11,018 bases of DNA from the sequence record ON470611. The stretch is one strand, 5' to 3'. Each line of letters starts with the position of its first letter. Position 1 is the stretch's first letter. The notes beneath the pieces are model-generated. The model was not told the origin of the DNA. It ran no database searches and saw only the letters and a program-made list of their open reading frames with translations. Source of the DNA: Escherichia phage vB_EcoM-473R3. The position numbers and the translations under genes are program-made. Below are positions 7,235-11,018 of the stretch, piece by piece.

Positions 7235-7407
7235 TGTCAGGAGTCCTGAATAGTGATTAGAGGAGTCACATGTCGGCATCAGTTTCCCGACGATGCGCAT
7301 CCTCCGCCATCAGTCCCGGATGGCTTATCACTGACACAACAGCACCTTAGCGAATCGCGGGGCGCGACTCAGTAGCCTTGCCGTGTATTCATCACGGCGA
7401 GGTATTC
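7235..7407. promoter_or_regulatory. Divergent late-promoter region (P_O leftward, P_P rightward), expected to be Ogr-activated
   Basis: 173-bp gap between divergently transcribed O and P. Contains a perfect dyad GCCATC-N7-GATGGC (7306-7324), a near-consensus TGG-N12-ACA (7321-7338) placed about where the -55 element for P_P would sit, and a dyad GTCGG-N10-CCGAC (7272-7291). Exact -10 and +1 positions not determined. Confidence 0.45.
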
Positions 7408-9012
7408 ATGACCATCACCACAGACACCACTCTTTTACACGACCCGCGTCGTCAGGCGGCGCTGCTGTACTGGCAGGGGTTTTCCGTGCCGCAGATTGCC
7501 GCCATGTTGCAGATGAAACGCCCGACGGTGCAGAGCTGGAAACAGCGCGACGGCTGGGACAGCGTTGCCCCCATCAGCCGTGTCGAAATGAGTCTGGAAG
7601 CGCGGCTGACCCAGCTCATCATCAAACCGCAGAAAACCGGCGGTGACTTCAAGGAAATTGACCTGCTGGGACGCCAGATTGAACGACTGGCACGGGTCAA
7701 CCGTTACAGCCAGACCGGCAACGAGGCAGACCTTAATCCGAACGTCGCTAACCGCAACAAAGGCGGGCGGCGCAAACCGAAAAAGAATTTTTTCAGTGAC
7801 GAGGCCATCGAAAAGCTGGAGCAGATTTTCTTTGAGCAGTCTTTCGACTATCAGTTGCACTGGTATCGCGCCGGGCTTGAGCACCGCATCCGCGATATCC
7901 TGAAATCCCGCCAGATTGGCGCAACGTTTTATTTTTCCCGCGAGGCGCTGCTGCGCGCCCTGAAAACCGGTCATAACCAGATTTTTCTGTCGGCCAGTAA
8001 AACGCAGGCGTATGTGTTCCGCGAATACATCATCGCCTTTGCCCGGCTGGTTGACGTTGACCTGACCGGTGACCCGATTGTCCTGGGCAATAACGGCGCA
8101 AAACTGATTTTTCTCGGCACCAACTCCAACACCGCACAGAGCCATAACGGCGACCTGTACGTCGACGAGATTTTCTGGATCCCGAATTTTCAGGTACTGC
8201 GTAAGGTGGCATCAGGTATGGCCTCACAGAGTCACCTGCGCTCGACCTATTTCTCCACCCCGTCCACGCTGGCGCACGACGCCTACCCGTTCTGGTCGGG
8301 TGAACTGTTCAACCGGGGACGCGCCAGCGCCGCCGAACGCGTGGAAATCGACGTCAGTCATAACGCCCTTGCCGGTGGGCTTCTCTGTGCGGACGGCCAG
8401 TGGCGACAGATTGTCACCATTGAGGACGCCCTGAAAGGCGGCTGCACGCTGTTCGACATTGAGCAGCTCAAACGCGAAAACAGCGCCGACGATTTTAAAA
8501 ACCTGTTCATGTGTGAATTTGTTGACGACAAGGCATCGGTGTTCCCGTTCGAGGAGCTGCAACGCTGCATGGTCGACACGCTGGAAGAATGGGAAGACTA
8601 TGCACCGTTTGCCGCCAATCCGTTCGGCTCCCGCCCGGTATGGATTGGTTACGACCCGTCACACCGTGGCGACAGCGCCGGATGCGTGGTGCTGGCACCG
8701 CCGGTGGTGGCCGGTGGCAAATTCAGAATACTTGAGCGTCACCAGTGGAAAGGCATGGACTTTGCCACCCAGGCTGAATCCATCCGCAAACTCACCGAAA
8801 AATACAACGTCGAATACATCGGAATTGATGCCACCGGCCTCGGTGTCGGCGTGTTCCAGCTCGTGCGCTCGTTCTATCCCGCCGCGCGCGACATCCGCTA
8901 CACGCCGGAAATGAAAACCGCAATGGTGCTCAAGGCCAAAGACGTTATCCGCCGTGGCTGTCTGGAATATGACGTCAGCGCCACCGACATCACCAGCTCG
9001 TTTATGGCTATC
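7408..9012 (+). CDS. P: Terminase large (ATPase) subunit gpP, 5' portion (535 codons), interrupted by scaffold gap 2
   Basis: ATG at 7408 with GAGG 5 nt upstream (MTITTDTTLLHD). The ORF-track start at 7378 is a TTG. The frame runs into the N run at 9013. Together with 9638-9805 it gives 590 aa, the P2 gpP length. Confidence 0.9.
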
Positions 9013-9022
9013 NNNNNNNNNN
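9013..9022. other. Scaffold gap 2 (N10)
   Basis: Run of 10 N. Confidence 0.95.
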
Positions 9023-9218
9023 GCAGATTGTCACCATTGAGGACGCCCTGAAAGGTGGCTGCACATTGTTCGACATTGAGCAGCTTAAACGCGAAAACAG
9101 CGCCGACGATTTTAAAAACCTGTTCATGTGTGAATTTGTTGATGACAAGGCATCGGTATTCCCGTTCGAGGAGCTGCAACGCTGCATGGTCGACACGCTG
9201 GAAGAATGGGAAGACTAT
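9023..9218 (+). CDS. P: Duplicate internal fragment of the terminase gene P (corresponds to 8406-8601), bounded by gaps 2 and 3
   Basis: 196 bp, a few percent divergent from 8406-8601. The encoded peptide [65 protein letters not shown] is identical in both copies. Confidence 0.5.
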
Positions 9219-9228
9219 NNNNNNNNNN
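9219..9228. other. Scaffold gap 3 (N10), replacing only about 2 nt of the terminase sequence
   Basis: 9218 corresponds to 8601 and 9230 corresponds to 8605. Confidence 0.95.
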
Positions 9229-9229
9229 G

Positions 9230-9805
9230 CCGTTTGCCGCAAATCCGTTCGGCTCCCGACCGGTATGGATTGGTTACGACCCGTCACACCGTGGCGACAG
9301 CGCCGGATGCGTGGTACTGGCACCGCCGGTGGTGGCCGGTGGCAAATTCAGAATACTTGAGCGTCACCAGTGGAAAGGTATGGACTTTGCCACCCAGGCG
9401 GAATCCATCCGCAAACTCACCGAAAAATATAACGTCGAATACATCGGTATTGATGCCACCGGCCTCGGTGTCGGCGTGTTCCAGCTCGTGCGCTCGTTCT
9501 ATCCCGCCGCGCGCGATATCCGCTACACGCCGGAAATGAAAACCGCAATGGTGCTCAAGGCAAAAGACGTTATCCGTCGTGGCTGTCTGGAATATGACGT
9601 CAGCGCCACCGACATCACCAGCTCGTTTATGGCTATCCGCAAGACCATGACCAGCAGCGGACGCAGTGCCACCTATGAAGCCAGCCGCAGCGAGGAAGCC
9701 AGCCACGCCGACCTCGCCTGGGCGACCATGCACGCCCTGTTAAATGAGCCACTCACCGCCGGTATCAGCACCCCGCTGACATCCACCATTCTGGAGTTTT
9801 ACTGA
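9230..9805 (+). CDS. P: Terminase large subunit gpP, 3' portion (second copy overlaps 8605-9012; unique C-terminus 9638-9805)
   Basis: In frame from 9230 (PFAANPFGSRPVWIGYDPSHRGDSAGCVVLAPP...) to TGA at 9803-9805. The stop overlaps the Q start (TGATG). Confidence 0.85.
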   Translation, partial: PFAANPFGSRPVWIGYDPSHRGDSAGCVVLAPPVVAGGKFRILERHQWKGMDFATQAESIRKLTEKYNVEYIGIDATGLGVGVFQLVRSFYPAARDIRYTPEMKTAMVLKAKDVIRRGCLEYDVSATDITSSFMAIRKTMTSSGRSATYEASRSEEASHADLAWATMHALLNEPLTAGISTPLTSTILEFY

Positions 9806-10104
9806 TGAGCAAGAAAAAAGGGAAAACACCGCAACCTGCGGCAAAAACAATGACCGCCAGCGCCCCGAAAATGGAGGCATTCACCTTTGGTGAGCCGGTG
9901 CCGGTACTCGACCGCCGTGACATTCTGGATTACGTCGAGTGCATCAGTAACGGCAGATGGTATGAGCCGCCGGTCAGCTTTACCGGTCTGGCGAAAAGCC
10001 TGCGTGCTGCCGTGCATCACAGCTCGCCGATTTACGTCAAACGCAATATTCTGGCCTCGACATTTATCCCGCATCCGTGGCTTTCCCAGCAGGATTTCAG
10101 CCGC
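9805..10104 (+). CDS. Q: Portal protein gpQ, N-terminal portion (100 codons), interrupted by scaffold gap 4
   Basis: ATG at 9805-9807, overlapping the P stop (MSKKKGKTPQPAAKTMTASAPKMEAF). The frame runs into the N run at 10105. Confidence 0.85.
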
Positions 10105-10283
10105 NNNNNNNNNNTGAGTGCATCAGTAACGGCAGATGGTATGAGCCACCGGTCAGCTTTACCGGTCTGGCAAAAAGCCTGCGTGCTGCCGTGCATCACA
10201 GCTCACCGATTTACGTCAAACGTAATATTCTGGCCTCGACATTTATCCCGCATCCGTGGCTTTCCCAGCAGGATTTCAGCCGC
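9937..10283. repeat. Assembly-type direct duplication inside gene Q: 9937-10104 versus 10116-10283 (168 bp, 4 mismatches, all synonymous)
   Basis: Direct alignment of the gap flanks (offset 179). Confidence 0.85.
10105..10114. other. Scaffold gap 4 (N10)
   Basis: Run of 10 N. Confidence 0.95.
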
Positions 10284-11018
10284 TTTGTGCTGGATTTTCT
10301 GGTGTTCGGTAATGCGTTTCTGGAAAAGCGTTACAGCACCACCGGTAAGGTCATCAGACTGGAAACCTCACCGGCAAAATATACCCGCCGTGGCGTGGAG
10401 GAGGATGTTTACTGGTGGGTGCCGTCCTTCAACGAGCCGACAGCCTTCACGCCCGGCTCCGTGTTTCACCTGCTGGAGCCGGATATTAATCAGGAGCTGT
10501 ACGGCCTGCCGGAATATCTCAGCGCCCTTAACTCTGCCTGGCTGAATGAGTCGGCCACGCTGTTCCGCCGCAAGTATTACGAAAATGGCGCACATGCCGG
10601 ATACATCATGTACGTCACCGATGCCGTGCAGGATCGCAACGATATCGAAATGCTTCGCGAAAACATGGTTAAGTCGAAAGGCCGCAATAACTTTAAAAAT
10701 CTGTTTCTCTATGCCCCGCAGGGGAAAGCCGACGGCATTAAAATTATCCCGCTCAGTGAAGTGGCGACGAAGGACGATTTTTTTAATATCAAAAAAGCCA
10801 GCGCCGCAGACCTGCTGGACGCGCACCGCATCCCCTTTCAGTTGATGGGCGGCAAGCCGGAGAACGTCGGGTCGCTGGGTGATATTGAGAAAGTGGCAAA
10901 GGTCTTTGTCCGCAATGAGCTTATCCCGCTACAGGACAGGATCCGCGAGATAAACGGCTGGCTCGGTCAGGAGGTCATCCGCTTTAAAAACTACTCACTG
11001 GACACTGACAACGACTGA
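10116..11018 (+). CDS. Q: Portal protein gpQ, C-terminal portion (300 aa), ending at the window edge
   Basis: In frame from 10116 (ECISNGRWYEPPVSF...) to TGA at 11016-11018. Non-redundant N-terminal 44 aa plus these 300 aa gives 344 aa, the P2 gpQ length. Confidence 0.9.
   Translation, partial: ECISNGRWYEPPVSFTGLAKSLRAAVHHSSPIYVKRNILASTFIPHPWLSQQDFSRFVLDFLVFGNAFLEKRYSTTGKVIRLETSPAKYTRRGVEEDVYWWVPSFNEPTAFTPGSVFHLLEPDINQELYGLPEYLSALNSAWLNESATLFRRKYYENGAHAGYIMYVTDAVQDRNDIEMLRENMVKSKGRNNFKNLFLYAPQGKADGIKIIPLSEVATKDDFFNIKKASAADLLDAHRIPFQLMGGKPENVGSLGDIEKVAKVFVRNELIPLQDRIREINGWLGQEVIRFKNYSLDTDND

Larger units (their letters stand above)
8406..9637. repeat. Assembly-type direct duplication inside gene P: 8406-9012 versus 9023-9218 plus 9229-9637
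   Basis: Direct alignment of the gap flanks (offsets 617 and 625). The nucleotide differences leave the encoded protein unchanged. Confidence 0.85.

Noticed and set aside
6380-7300. Extended 306-aa version of gene O (and likewise extended starts for L at 4465, X at 3965, P at 7378)
   Set aside because: The extensions lack a Shine-Dalgarno or use TTG, and add residues absent from recalled P2 proteins. Internal ATGs with good ribosome-binding sites give the canonical lengths.
7435-8145. 236-aa minus-strand ORF
   Set aside because: Antisense to terminase gene P; no start context.
8898-9323. 141-aa minus-strand ORF spanning gaps 2 and 3
   Set aside because: Antisense to P and runs through N runs.
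1719-10283. Repeats flanking N runs considered as CRISPR-like or biological tandem repeats
   Set aside because: Only two copies each, hundreds of bp long, coding, and always exactly abutting an N10 placeholder. This is an assembly artefact, not a repeat array.

Overview
This window is the packaging/head/lysis arm of a P2-like (Peduovirus-type) temperate phage or prophage. The product names rest on my recollection of coliphage P2 proteins and their lengths, not on any search. On the minus strand the late operon runs right to left as O (scaffold), N (major capsid), M (small terminase), L (head completion), X, Y (holin), K (lambda-R-like endolysin), lysA, lysB with embedded lysC (spanins), then R and S (tail completion). 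On the plus strand, divergent from O, are P (large terminase) and Q (portal); the window ends exactly at the Q stop, so cos is expected just beyond it. The sequence contains four N10 scaffold gaps, each flanked by near-identical duplicated sequence (about 2-5% divergent), which look like uncollapsed overlapping contig ends; they split lysB/lysC, P and Q and create spurious long ORFs. The most interesting element is the AT-rich ORF at 1..687, encoding a predicted two-transmembrane protein. It sits beyond S in the S-V slot and is transcribed against the late operon, so it looks like horizontally acquired cargo and is a candidate exclusion or defence gene. Everything else is a well-known, conserved phage module.
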